A DNA stretch of 64,000 nt, from positions 2,282 through 66,281 of IMG/VR virus record IMGVR_UViG_3300032291_002405. One strand, written 5' to 3'. This stretch comes from a virus. A program made the position numbers and the translations under genes. Of this stretch, positions 54,190 through 64,000 are shown in pieces; the first letter of the stretch is position 1, and each line of letters begins with the position of its first letter. A model generated the notes under the pieces. The model made no database searches, was not told where the DNA came from, and saw nothing but the letters and a program-made list of their open reading frames with translations.

Positions 54190-55860
54190 TTACGATTCTT
54201 TTCTTAAATTACCATCATAAAAATCAAAACGATTATGTTCGGTTGGTGTTAATAATAATATACCAGGTTTTATATTTCCCTTAATAGTCTCTTGAAACGC
54301 GTATGACATTAGTGTCTGTTCGAAAGGATGTGACCATTTTGTTTCAAGATAACAACGATAATTACCTTCTTTTGTTAGAATTATTGGCCAATTGGATAGG
54401 TAAACTTCACCACTAATATATGGTAACCCTTTATGAATACTAATGTTTTTGAACATCGTTTTAGGAGCATTAGGGTCAAATCCGATTTTTGGTAAATTAG
54501 AGTAATCGGGCCAATGTTTACTTCTAAAATCTTGTGGTACATTATACCATGAAAATTGAGTTTCATTGGAACCGTAAAATTCGGTGAACGATAGTTTCAA
54601 AAAATCAAAATTTTCTTTCTTAATGATATCCAATGATTTTTGATATAGATTAGGTGTGTATCGATTAAACCCGTTTTTACAAACTTCACCTTTTTTATTA
54701 TAAAATGCCATATCATCTTCAAACCAAAAATAAAAATCTAAATCGGTTTCATTAAAATGCTCAGCAACAAATACCCTACCACCAACAATACCAATGTTAT
54801 CTTTCTTTATGTGTTCAAATCCATATTTTTCACAAAGTTCAAGATATCTTGGTGTTGTTGACAAATCAGTCGAATTGTCCAACAAATATTTTTTAGGTTT
54901 ATTAATAAAATCTTCATCATAATCTAACATCGATTGAATCAATACTTCAAACTGTTTCGGACTATTAAAGGTTATAACATATAAACCCACTTTATCTGTG
55001 TTAAGATTTTTACTTATGTTTTTCTTTGATTTGTTTTTAACAACGACAGTATTATTTTTAACATCTTCACAGAATTTACCTATCAACCCATTCCCATCAA
55101 TTTCAACATAATCAATCAAATCAGGATGTCGATACATTAAAATACTAAATAAAGATTCTTCAGTACCCATGTAACCATCATTTATTGATGAATATAATAG
55201 GTCGTGATATAAGACATTGATTTCAGATATACTATCTTTGTTACCACCAAAAATACCACCTCTACAAACCAATTTAACATCATCACCAGCATATTCATTT
55301 ATCTTAGGATATGAAAATCCATGTATTTCTGTTTCCGCATCGTAGGGAAACGCAATAAATCCAAAATTTTTAAAAATATTTGGAAATTTGTTTTGGATTT
55401 TATCGTGTGTAAAATACCCCGAATGTACCGTATTTGTTATTCCAGCATCAACCCAAAAAAGATGTGTCGAGTTAAATTTATCTAAAATTTTGGCATCGTG
55501 TAATAAAAACACTTTGGACATTACCAAAGGGTTATACATTTCTAAAGAACCTTGTGTCGAGTCTTTTAACCATGACGATTGGTTATACCAATCAGAATTA
55601 TTTCTAATTTGTTGTATTTTATCAAAAGGGACCGTTTGTTTAAACCAATCTATGTCTCTAAGAATAAATTGAGTATTATCAGATGTTCTTCGTTCCCAAA
55701 CAAAATTTTCAAGATTTTTATCACCAAAAATTATTAAATTTGTATCTATTTTTAATAATTCCGATAATCTTTCAAGATAATGGTTAAAACTTCTATTCCA
55801 ACCTTGATTTAATTGGTCTCTTTTAATGTCCCAAAGTCCTGTAACTAACGTAATTAACAT
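54190..55860 (-). CDS. HtrL/YibB (WlaTC)-like glycosyltransferase fused to a second GT-A-like domain
   Basis: TLVTGLWDI, MSKVFLL, FWVDAG, GGIFGG, MGTEES; C-terminal LLDNS, WFEDD. Confidence 0.75.
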   Translation of the reverse strand: MLITLVTGLWDIKRDQLNQGWNRSFNHYLERLSELLKIDTNLIIFGDKNLENFVWERRTSDNTQFILRDIDWFKQTVPFDKIQQIRNNSDWYNQSSWLKDSTQGSLEMYNPLVMSKVFLLHDAKILDKFNSTHLFWVDAGITNTVHSGYFTHDKIQNKFPNIFKNFGFIAFPYDAETEIHGFSYPKINEYAGDDVKLVCRGGIFGGNKDSISEINVLYHDLLYSSINDGYMGTEESLFSILMYRHPDLIDYVEIDGNGLIGKFCEDVKNNTVVVKNKSKKNISKNLNTDKVGLYVITFNSPKQFEVLIQSMLDYDEDFINKPKKYLLDNSTDLSTTPRYLELCEKYGFEHIKKDNIGIVGGRVFVAEHFNETDLDFYFWFEDDMAFYNKKGEVCKNGFNRYTPNLYQKSLDIIKKENFDFLKLSFTEFYGSNETQFSWYNVPQDFRSKHWPDYSNLPKIGFDPNAPKTMFKNISIHKGLPYISGEVYLSNWPIILTKEGNYRCYLETKWSHPFEQTLMSYAFQETIKGNIKPGILLLTPTEHNRFDFYDGNLRKES

Positions 55861-55861
55861 A

Positions 55862-56488
55862 TTATTTATATTTACAAACCCAAACCGATTGTGAAAATAA
55901 TTCTTGATTGTACGATTTTAGGTTATGTTTATTTACCGCATCTTTAATATCATCTTCAGTAATTTCACACCAATTCCAAATTTTATTTTTAATTTCATTT
56001 TCGTAAACTTCTCGGGAAGTTGAAAAATCATGTGCCATAATAAAATCACCTGATTTAATGTAGTCAGATAATAAGTTGAATTCTCCTATTTTCCAACCTC
56101 CATCACAAAGAACAATTGTTATTCCATCTGATTGTATAAAATCAATAACTTCTTGTTTTGCGGAAGTCCAATCTGAACTAAAAATATTTTCAACTCTCAC
56201 ATCGATACCCTTATCAATCATTTCAGAATACCAAGGTCTTCCATTAATATCGTAAGATAAAATTTTAGTATCCAAATCCAATTCCTTACAAATCAAAAAT
56301 AAAAATTCGGTAAAACCACCCAATGCTGTTCCAATTTCTAAAATTTGTTTAGGTTTTACTTCTTTTATAAAATCATAAAACACTTGGTATACATTATGGC
56401 TTTGTTGTGCCGTATGACCATTATAAGCGGATAAACTGTCATCGTTCTCCAAATCCGTAAACTTGGTTATTCTATCTTTTATATTCAT
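55862..56488 (-). CDS. class I SAM-dependent methyltransferase (CmcI-like)
   Basis: ILEIGTALGG, SYDI, LCDGG, AHD. Confidence 0.8.
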   Translation of the reverse strand: MNIKDRITKFTDLENDDSLSAYNGHTAQQSHNVYQVFYDFIKEVKPKQILEIGTALGGFTEFLFLICKELDLDTKILSYDINGRPWYSEMIDKGIDVRVENIFSSDWTSAKQEVIDFIQSDGITIVLCDGGWKIGEFNLLSDYIKSGDFIMAHDFSTSREVYENEIKNKIWNWCEITEDDIKDAVNKHNLKSYNQELFSQSVWVCKYK

Positions 56489-56490
56489 GT

Positions 56491-57204
56491 TTAAAATCTT
56501 ACATGTAAATTACCCGCCTTGTCATGAAATTCAAAACAACTTGATATAAACCCTCTAAAACTATCCCAGTCCCAATTCATTTCAGCATCTAATGCTGAAA
56601 CACCAATATCAAAACCATCAGGGTAATTTCTAATATTATTATGTACTGAGTACCATAAAAACTCCTCCCATCTCCTAACAAAGTATCTAAATTTCCAATT
56701 GTTTCTAAAAACCATAAATTGTTCATTTACAACGTGAGCATTGTCCCATTTAGTATGTTCAAATACGTGATAATCATGAAGTTTTCTGTCAAAAAAACAA
56801 TTAGACATATCTTTTTTATGTCCACCAATTAACGCAGGTCTCTCAAATAAAAAATCTAAATTATTTTCTTCCATGTGATTAAATAACTTAAAAAGTTTAT
56901 CCTCACTAAAATTTTCTGTCATTCTCCAATCGGCATCATTGTATATGATATAATCATAACCTTTGTCTAAACAATACTTTAAAGACAATACTTTTAAATT
57001 TAGGAAAAAAGAAAATCCTGCACCACCATCATCATATCTATCTAACTTGAATATATCCAAGTTAACTTTTGGCCCAACCTCACAAATTTCGTTAGTTGTT
57101 ATATTAAAATCGGCAGAACATTTATCACTATACTTTGTATAACATTCGGATGCATTTTTCACATACGAATCACCAACTGCCAATGTAGTAAAAATATATT
57201 TCAT
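56491..57204 (-). CDS. putative GT-A glycosyltransferase
   Basis: TTLAVG..Y, LK, YIIYNDAD (DxD). Confidence 0.6.
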   Translation of the reverse strand: MKYIFTTLAVGDSYVKNASECYTKYSDKCSADFNITTNEICEVGPKVNLDIFKLDRYDDGGAGFSFFLNLKVLSLKYCLDKGYDYIIYNDADWRMTENFSEDKLFKLFNHMEENNLDFLFERPALIGGHKKDMSNCFFDRKLHDYHVFEHTKWDNAHVVNEQFMVFRNNWKFRYFVRRWEEFLWYSVHNNIRNYPDGFDIGVSALDAEMNWDWDSFRGFISSCFEFHDKAGNLHVRF

Positions 57205-58187
57205 TACGCTTCTACAATTTTTTCTAAGAAATTCAGGGTATAATCAAAATCGTAATACTCAGGTAATTTATTATCAACAAAAATTGGTGATTCGATATAT
57301 TTCCTGTAAAGAGTTTGATTATTATCTATTTCTTTAATTAAAGATAAAAAACTATCTAAATCAGTAAAGTCGTGTAGATTTATAAAACTGTCAGGATTAA
57401 ACCCTTCTTCTAAAATAAATTTATTACCAAAAAAGATAGGTATGGCCCCACTGAAAAGTGCATGATATAATTTTTCTTGTAAGATATAATCGGTATTGGT
57501 ATAATGTATGGAAATATTAAATTTATAATTTTGAAAAAAACCTATTTTTTCCCTATAAGTTAAACCGTCGTTCCTACCAATATAAACGGGATTCATCCAT
57601 TGATATTTGTTTAACTCTTCTTCCCTTGATATATTTTGTTTCCAAGGGCCAGATGATGTCACCTCTTTATACTCATTTAACTTATTAAACACCAACGCTC
57701 TAAAATCATTGTGAGACGCTTGTGTAATTGAACAGAATTTTTTATTTCTGTTTGAAATCTCATCATATTTTCTTTTTTCAGTTAACCAATTTAAAGGGCT
57801 ATCAACTAATCTTGATTCATCATACAACGTCCAAACATCAAATACACCCGACGGTTGTCTCAAATACCTTTCGTGTTCAAATTTGTTATACCCAATTGAC
57901 CATTGATTTTCATTATTATTTAATGGAGATAAAAAATCTGCAACCTCGCCAGAAACATATAAAAATTTTTTATTCTTATCGTCTTGACTAAAATTTGTAG
58001 GTAAATATTTAGTATAAGTATCAATTTCATTTACATTACAATTTAAATCGGAATGTATTACAATGTCGGGATTTATAGGGTCAACAATAACATTGTATTT
58101 TTTAGATAGTATGAATTTAAAATAATTCATCCAACTATGTTGTCCGTGATTTGGAAACCCTTGTCTTGTTATTCTTATAGTTTTCAT
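57204..58187 (-). CDS. glycosyltransferase family 10 (alpha-1,3/4-fucosyltransferase-like)
   Basis: YKFNIS...DYILQEKL......GAIPIFFG, FNPDSFIN. Confidence 0.85.
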   Translation of the reverse strand: MKTIRITRQGFPNHGQHSWMNYFKFILSKKYNVIVDPINPDIVIHSDLNCNVNEIDTYTKYLPTNFSQDDKNKKFLYVSGEVADFLSPLNNNENQWSIGYNKFEHERYLRQPSGVFDVWTLYDESRLVDSPLNWLTEKRKYDEISNRNKKFCSITQASHNDFRALVFNKLNEYKEVTSSGPWKQNISREEELNKYQWMNPVYIGRNDGLTYREKIGFFQNYKFNISIHYTNTDYILQEKLYHALFSGAIPIFFGNKFILEEGFNPDSFINLHDFTDLDSFLSLIKEIDNNQTLYRKYIESPIFVDNKLPEYYDFDYTLNFLEKIVEA

Positions 58188-58882
58188 TTAAAAAAATCTA
58201 ATAATTTAATCGTTTCATCGTTATATCCACCATTATCATGTACAAATATTGGTTTTGTTGTTTTAAAAGAAACAACACCATCATTTATTAATACATCTTC
58301 TTTAGCCAAATACGTGTTTAATACCAATCTATTTTTGTAATCAATTTCAATACCGTCAGTTAGTAGATATTCTATTTGCCAATTACCTTGGTCACATAAA
58401 CCAACCAATCCTCTTGACATAATTGTTTGAATGTGGTCAATAAATTGTTTTGGTTTAGCACAAAAAACACCGGCATTTAAAAACTTATATGGGGTATTAA
58501 TGTTTTTTGAATCATACAAATAACTCCAATCCGTATTTGGCCAATTATTTCTTTCACCACCAAATAATATATCACAATTATATTCCCCCATTATTTGGGG
58601 AATGGAATTAATGTTACCAACATACCCAACATCAGTAGCGTCAAGTAAAATAAAATAATCGTATTTGTTTAGTATTTCCGACTCAATAAAAGATACTAAT
58701 TTTTTAATTCTAAAATATGTGAATTTAAAATAATAACTTTCGTTCTTAATTTCATCAGATTCACTGTAGTAATTAATCACATGGTAATTCTCTTTATTGA
58801 AATCTTGTAACAATTTTTCCTGAAATGTTGGGATAAAATGAGACGGATAATCAAATAATACCGTTACTATTGCAGTATTCAT
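58184..58882 (-). CDS. PLOD-type (procollagen lysyl hydroxylase GT domain) glycosyltransferase
   Basis: LDATDV, ILFGGE.N.WP, YKFLNAG, DQ, VHDNG. Confidence 0.75.
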   Translation of the reverse strand: MNTAIVTVLFDYPSHFIPTFQEKLLQDFNKENYHVINYYSESDEIKNESYYFKFTYFRIKKLVSFIESEILNKYDYFILLDATDVGYVGNINSIPQIMGEYNCDILFGGERNNWPNTDWSYLYDSKNINTPYKFLNAGVFCAKPKQFIDHIQTIMSRGLVGLCDQGNWQIEYLLTDGIEIDYKNRLVLNTYLAKEDVLINDGVVSFKTTKPIFVHDNGGYNDETIKLLDFFK

Positions 58883-58883
58883 G

Positions 58884-59516
58884 TTATTTAGTTATTTCTA
58901 AATAAAAATTATTTATTAATTCTCCGTCAGAATTATAAGGTATACCTTCACCAAAGATTTTTATTGGGATGTCATTTTCCCAAAAAAAAGATAATTCATT
59001 ACCTTTGTTATATTTTAAAATCTCATCGCTTCTCACATCTCTCTCAATCCATGAAAATTTGGGATAAACAACCAAAGTATCATCAACAACATCAAAAAAA
59101 TGTTTGTGGTGTGCATTTCCTCGGTAGGTATTTTGATATAAAAATGAAAACTCGTCATATTTTGAAGGGATTGCAACAAACCCTGAAACAGAAATTAATT
59201 TTAATAAGTTAATTAATTCCAATGGATTAAAAACATCTTCCAATGTGTGAGAACAAATTGAAAAATTAAACTTTCCATTTTTTTCGACATATTCCAACAA
59301 TTCGTTCCATGTGTTTTTATTTTCTAAATTGATGTTAAAAAATGTTGTTCCTTCGTTAGAAATGACTAAAGAGTCTGCAACAAATTTACATTCAGGGTAC
59401 GACCAATACATTGCAGAAGCCCCAACATCAATTGTTTTATACCCTTTATCTTGAATGTAAGATTTAACAAAATCTCTTTTACCACCAATACTATTATAAT
59501 CCCAATTACTTATCAT
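58884..59516 (-). CDS. SAM-dependent methyltransferase
   Basis: IDVGA, FSICSHTLED. Confidence 0.75.
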   Translation of the reverse strand: MISNWDYNSIGGKRDFVKSYIQDKGYKTIDVGASAMYWSYPECKFVADSLVISNEGTTFFNINLENKNTWNELLEYVEKNGKFNFSICSHTLEDVFNPLELINLLKLISVSGFVAIPSKYDEFSFLYQNTYRGNAHHKHFFDVVDDTLVVYPKFSWIERDVRSDEILKYNKGNELSFFWENDIPIKIFGEGIPYNSDGELINNFYLEITK

Positions 59517-59519
59517 AAT

Positions 59520-60077
59520 TTATAAAAAAACAACACCAGTTCCTGAACCGTGACCAATGTTGGAAATATCTAATTTATCTTCACTTATATTTTCCCAAAA
59601 ACATTTCATATCATTATTTAAATGAATGTCATCTAAAATCAAAACACCTGAATAATTTATGCTTTTTAAATAGTTTAGAAACTCCAATTCAAAACATCCA
59701 TCATGAAATGTATCCAATAAAATAATTTTTGAAGACAATAATATAGTGTCGTATTGACCACTTATTACGTTATCAATTATAAATTCCGTGTTTTCAGGTA
59801 TTGTAATCAATTCTAATTGATATGATAAGTTAAATGAAAACACTTTGTTTTGTTTGTTTGTTGACAAAGCAATCGCCGATGAACCTTTTAGGGTCCCAAC
59901 ATCAACAAATGTCTCACCATTAAAGCTATTTGAAATATAGGTCAATAACCTATAATGTTCTTTTGAAGACTTATCCACATAATAATTTTGATATTCTTCA
60001 TTATCTATAATTTGGTATTGATTCATATCCAAATTATCCAGAATATCATTTGATATGTTTTTAAAAAAATCTTTCAT
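59520..60077 (-). CDS. SAM-dependent methyltransferase (Methyltransf_24-like)
   Basis: VDVGTLKGSSA, LLDTFH, LILDDI. Confidence 0.8.
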   Translation of the reverse strand: MKDFFKNISNDILDNLDMNQYQIIDNEEYQNYYVDKSSKEHYRLLTYISNSFNGETFVDVGTLKGSSAIALSTNKQNKVFSFNLSYQLELITIPENTEFIIDNVISGQYDTILLSSKIILLDTFHDGCFELEFLNYLKSINYSGVLILDDIHLNNDMKCFWENISEDKLDISNIGHGSGTGVVFL

Positions 60078-60098
60078 AATTAACTAACAACATTGTGA

Positions 60099-61364
60099 TT
60101 ATAAATTACCGGTCAATCTATCACACCATCCCTTAGATTTACTAAACGGCCATACAACCCAATATTTTGGAGATTTTACGGTTTGGAATTCTCTCCATAC
60201 TTTACAATATCCATCAGGGTCTTTTAACATTCTGTTTATTTCATTAATATCGGCATCTTGCCTATGTAACGTTTCATCGTTTTCACCATGAAATGCAACA
60301 ACCCAAAATTCATAATCGCTTTCAGGTACTTGTGAATATTGTATATCAATACAATGTTTAAATATTTGTGAAAAACTATTTAACCAATCATTTTCATTGT
60401 CATAATTAAAAGTATTGGGTGGATATTCTTTTCTAATAGTCTGCTCTTGGATAGCTCTCTTTTCAAATAAAATCCCTGAATATTTTTCATAATCCCTAAC
60501 AGTTCTAACATTCCCAAAACCATATATCTCATCATGTCCTTCCTGTTCTAACCCATCCATACCGAATAATTTTCTATAAACGAGATGTGATTGATTATTT
60601 TTATCTACCCAATCTTTATGGTCGTCCCAATGTTTGGTTCTACCTTTTCGTGTATATTCATGGTATACCAATACTTTGTGTGGGTGAAACAAGTCATAAC
60701 CATGCGTATAAGCTCTAACGGCAATTGACATTTCTTCACCGTGAAAATACATATTTGGATTGTGTTGAACTTCTTTTGAAAATTCGCCCAAAGTAAAACA
60801 GAAGTGTGCTGAATAAAATCTAGATGGTACAGGTTCGTCGAGTTCTTGCCAATTTGGTATTGTCTCAGGAATAAAGAAGATGGGCCCTTCTGGAATAAAT
60901 CGGTCAAAAGTCATTCTCCACGGTTCTTTGGTTCTACCAATTGGGTCACTATCAGGATTAAAGGCCGACACATATCCCGTTAATAATGGTTTTTTGTGTC
61001 CTTTTTTTTGTAATTTTTTAACCATCTGAATAAATTCGTAATCCCAATTTGGTTCAAATCTCATATGAGAATCTATCTGCATTGTGTACTTTTCACCATC
61101 GTATAATTGTTGAACTAAATTTCTTGCCCAGCAAACACCTTCCGCTTCTTCATGTGGGATATTTAATATTTTAAATCGACTGTCACCACTATACATTGAT
61201 AAATCATCAAAACCATCTGATGGGTCGAATTGTCGAGCAATACCAAATACTAAATTTTTAGGGTTTTTAGCGTTTTCAATAATTGAATTAACAGTAGGAA
61301 CTAATTGCGGGTCCCTATAACTAGCAATCTGTATGAATATTTTATTATTCGTCATATAATACAA
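60099..61364 (-). CDS. GT60-like polypeptide GlcNAc-transferase
   Basis: IFIQIASYRD, GVCWAR, QIDSHMRF..NWD, FHGEE..IAVRAYTHGYD, YHEY. Confidence 0.85.
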   Translation of the reverse strand: MYYMTNNKIFIQIASYRDPQLVPTVNSIIENAKNPKNLVFGIARQFDPSDGFDDLSMYSGDSRFKILNIPHEEAEGVCWARNLVQQLYDGEKYTMQIDSHMRFEPNWDYEFIQMVKKLQKKGHKKPLLTGYVSAFNPDSDPIGRTKEPWRMTFDRFIPEGPIFFIPETIPNWQELDEPVPSRFYSAHFCFTLGEFSKEVQHNPNMYFHGEEMSIAVRAYTHGYDLFHPHKVLVYHEYTRKGRTKHWDDHKDWVDKNNQSHLVYRKLFGMDGLEQEGHDEIYGFGNVRTVRDYEKYSGILFEKRAIQEQTIRKEYPPNTFNYDNENDWLNSFSQIFKHCIDIQYSQVPESDYEFWVVAFHGENDETLHRQDADINEINRMLKDPDGYCKVWREFQTVKSPKYWVVWPFSKSKGWCDRLTGNL

Positions 61365-61472
61365 TAATCTAATAATTTAATTATTTTTGTGTATATTAAT
61401 GACGACTAATATGGTAATTTTTATTGTCTTACACTATATATAAACCAATTAAAATTTATAATCAAATTATAA

Positions 61473-61694
61473 TTAGGTTATACCTGTACAAACTAAATTT
61501 GAATCATATGTACATCCACTAGCGTCAACTATTGTTATTTTAACTTCAGGTGCTAAATTAAATAAACTTGGTAATGTTACGGCAGTTACTGTTGAAATTG
61601 TATTTACGTATGTTGTATTATTACCATAAACATCACTAACATATACATTGTATGGTGGTGTACCGCTTAATGAATTAAAAATTATATCACCCAT
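61473..61694 (-). CDS. small structural protein
   Basis: SLSGTPPYNVYVSD...ITIVDASGC. Confidence 0.65.
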   Translation of the reverse strand: MGDIIFNSLSGTPPYNVYVSDVYGNNTTYVNTISTVTAVTLPSLFNLAPEVKITIVDASGCTYDSNLVCTGIT

Positions 61695-61695
61695 A

Positions 61696-64000
61696 TTATA
61701 AATAATAAGTATTCATTATACCATCAAAAGTACTTGAATTAAACGGTGCTCCGACTGCAAAATATTTAATATAATTTTGACCGTTAAATTCCGGTGTTCC
61801 ATTGTTATTAATAGCACAGTTAAATATGAATAGGTTCGGTAATTGACCAATCTGTGCCGGTGTTACCGAACGAACCAATGAACCATTTTGATATTGATAT
61901 ACGGTTCCACCACTTAATGTTACTTGTAATCTTGCGGCTTGTAATAATGTTCCGGCAGATAATGTTGGGAAATCAGAATTGTTAGATTGATGGGTCCACA
62001 TACCTGAACCTGTAATTAAGGAAACTTGATTTATTGAGCTTGAACCTGTGTACGCACCATATACAGTTCCACCTGATGATGGACCAACCAAATTATCATA
62101 ACCAACACATATTGTGTTTGCCGTAGATGTAAATCCGGTTCCATTAGTTGATAGGTTAAAGTTTGTATTAACATACCCTGTATTACCAATTTCGGACCTA
62201 ACACCATAAGTTGAATTGTATTGTATATTAACGAGTGTTACATTTGTCGTAGATGATGGGTTCTTCCAGTTTATTCTAGCGAATTTATATCCTTCAAAAG
62301 CGTCATTTGTATAAACATAGAATCGGTCAAGTGAGTTCCAAATGCCTGAAGATTTTAAACTAGCTACAATTTGATTTTGTTTAACCTGAATTGTTCTTGT
62401 TGGTATTGGCATGAATGATTTCGCAGCAAAGTTAAGAACTTCCAAATACTCAGGTTCAAAACTTGACATTGATGTTAAATATGTATTGATGATTCCATCG
62501 AATGTAACAGCATTAAACGGAGCACCGACAGCGAAATATTTAACATAATTTCGACCGTTATAGAAAACATTATTACCAAAAGTTTCTCTAAGAGCACAAT
62601 TTAATATCGATGTGTTAGCCAATGCTGGCGATGAAACATTTACCTGTCGTATAAGGTCCGAGTTCTGATATTGGTAAACAGTACCACCCGTTAATGTTGA
62701 TTGTAATCTTCCAATTTGTGATAATCTGAATTCCGGTAAATCAGGGAATGTGTTACCATCACTTTCATGTCTCCAAGTACCTAATTTCGGAATTAAAACC
62801 AATTGGTCACCAGTTCCTGACGCGGTTCTGGAACCATAAACAGTTCCACCTGATAATGGTTCCAAGACCGTATTATCATAACCAACACATATTGTATTTG
62901 CGGAAATTGTGAAATTAACACCGTTCGTTACAGGATTATAATTTGTATCGACGTAGCCTGTACTTCCATTATTCGCAAAACCAAATGTATTCGTATAAGT
63001 CGGACTATTTGTCGTACCAATTGCGGTACTTTGTGTCGGATTTTTCCAGTTAATACCAGCAAACTGAAAACCATTAGGGATGTCGTTAATGTAAACAAAC
63101 AAACGGTCCAAAGAATCCCAAATGCCAGCATTTTTTAAATCAATAATTAATTGATTCTGAATTGTCTGAGCAGAAAGACTCGGTAATGTCATACCAAAAG
63201 ATTTTGCATAATTCAAGATATCGACGTATTCAATTTCAAAATCCGTAAATGATGACAAATAATTTTTGATAATATTGTCGAAAATTACCGGATTATATGA
63301 ACCACCAATCACAAAGTATTTAATACTATTTTTACCGTTAAACTGTGGTTCACCACCATTACTTATCGCTCCAAGATATGTCTCAGATTCAGACAACGAC
63401 CCTGGTGATAGTCCTGTTACTTGACGAATTAGATTACCATTTTGATATTGTGTTACGGTTCCACCTGTTTTATTAACTTGCAAACGGCTTATTTGAAATA
63501 GCTCACCGCTCGAAAGATTTGGAAACGTAGTTTGAGTTCCAAAATGTCTCCATACACCGGCATTAGGTATCAATGTTAATTGTCTTGTATCATCAGATGA
63601 ACTTCTAGAACCGTAAGCAGCACCACCCGAAGCAGAATCACCACCAAATATATTATCATATCCAACACTAATACTGTTATTATTGAATTGAAAATTAAAA
63701 CCATCTTCTGACGGAATAAATTGGGTGTCAACCCATGAGTTAAAACCATCACTTCTCCATCCATATGTATTATCATAATCCGGACCATTCACACCAAACG
63801 AATTATCAGATGGTGATGGATTTTTCCAGTTAATATTTGCAAACTCAAAACCATTAGGAATGTCATTGACAAAGACGAACAAACGGTCCAAAGAGTTCCA
63901 TATGTTGTTTGTTTTCAAATCAATAACCAATTGATTTTGTGCAATTTTTTGTGAACGAGATGGTAATAGTGAACCTATCGATGTTGCATAATTCAAAACG
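61696..64000 (-). CDS. large virion protein with at least three tandem ~255-aa domains (LamG/ConA-like); 5' end outside the window
   Basis: Three copies of LNYA...QNQL..DLK..IW.SLDR...INWKNP...YVDT...VGYDN...YQN...KYF..G; frame open at the window edge. Confidence 0.75.
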   Translation of the reverse strand, partial: VLNYATSIGSLLPSRSQKIAQNQLVIDLKTNNIWNSLDRLFVFVNDIPNGFEFANINWKNPSPSDNSFGVNGPDYDNTYGWRSDGFNSWVDTQFIPSEDGFNFQFNNNSISVGYDNIFGGDSASGGAAYGSRSSSDDTRQLTLIPNAGVWRHFGTQTTFPNLSSGELFQISRLQVNKTGGTVTQYQNGNLIRQVTGLSPGSLSESETYLGAISNGGEPQFNGKNSIKYFVIGGSYNPVIFDNIIKNYLSSFTDFEIEYVDILNYAKSFGMTLPSLSAQTIQNQLIIDLKNAGIWDSLDRLFVYINDIPNGFQFAGINWKNPTQSTAIGTTNSPTYTNTFGFANNGSTGYVDTNYNPVTNGVNFTISANTICVGYDNTVLEPLSGGTVYGSRTASGTGDQLVLIPKLGTWRHESDGNTFPDLPEFRLSQIGRLQSTLTGGTVYQYQNSDLIRQVNVSSPALANTSILNCALRETFGNNVFYNGRNYVKYFAVGAPFNAVTFDGIINTYLTSMSSFEPEYLEVLNFAAKSFMPIPTRTIQVKQNQIVASLKSSGIWNSLDRFYVYTNDAFEGYKFARINWKNPSSTTNVTLVNIQYNSTYGVRSEIGNTGYVNTNFNLSTNGTGFTSTANTICVGYDNLVGPSSGGTVYGAYTGSSSINQVSLITGSGMWTHQSNNSDFPTLSAGTLLQAARLQVTLSGGTVYQYQNGSLVRSVTPAQIGQLPNLFIFNCAINNNGTPEFNGQNYIKYFAVGAPFNSSTFDGIMNTYYL

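Noticed and set aside
1-64000. Stop-codon reassignment, tRNA genes, DGR/retron
   Set aside because: Genes are intact under code 11; no cloverleaf, reverse transcriptase or TR/VR pair was seen.
1-64000. Numerous short opposite-strand or nested ORFs in the track (e.g. 2050..2274, 7572..7796, 19815..20153, 29104..29502, 42468..42812)
   Set aside because: They overlap well-supported genes, mostly have non-ATG starts, and show no recognisable motifs.

Overview
This AT-rich, densely coded 64 kb window is most consistent with a jumbo/huge tailed phage using the standard genetic code. A Bacteroidetes host is inferred from TAnnTTTG promoter elements, the general lack of Shine-Dalgarno motifs, a Bacteroidetes-type sigma70, an Hc1-like protein and SprB-like repeats. 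Contents in order: (i) accessory genes (GT2, metallophosphoesterase, NUDIX, DHH, guanylate kinase, thioredoxin/glutaredoxin, DnaJ); (ii) a ~0.85 kb structured non-coding RNA resembling GOLLD (5460-6300, minus strand); (iii) five DNA methyltransferases, a putative type II R-M pair, and a LAGLIDADG endonuclease plus a relic of another; (iv) a catalytically eroded MetK-like protein; (v) a probable lysis/membrane module and a sigma70; (vi) a recombination/replication module (RuvC-like, primase, PD-(D/E)XK nuclease, SbcD, SbcC); (vii) virion/tail genes flanking an eight-gene glycosylation/methylation cluster. The most striking feature is a fractured SbcC/Rad50 gene. It is split inside its Walker A motif by an atypically split intein (29-aa N-part, 122-aa C-part), with a free-standing Vsr-like endonuclease between the halves. 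All calls come from reading motifs by eye; no database searches were run.
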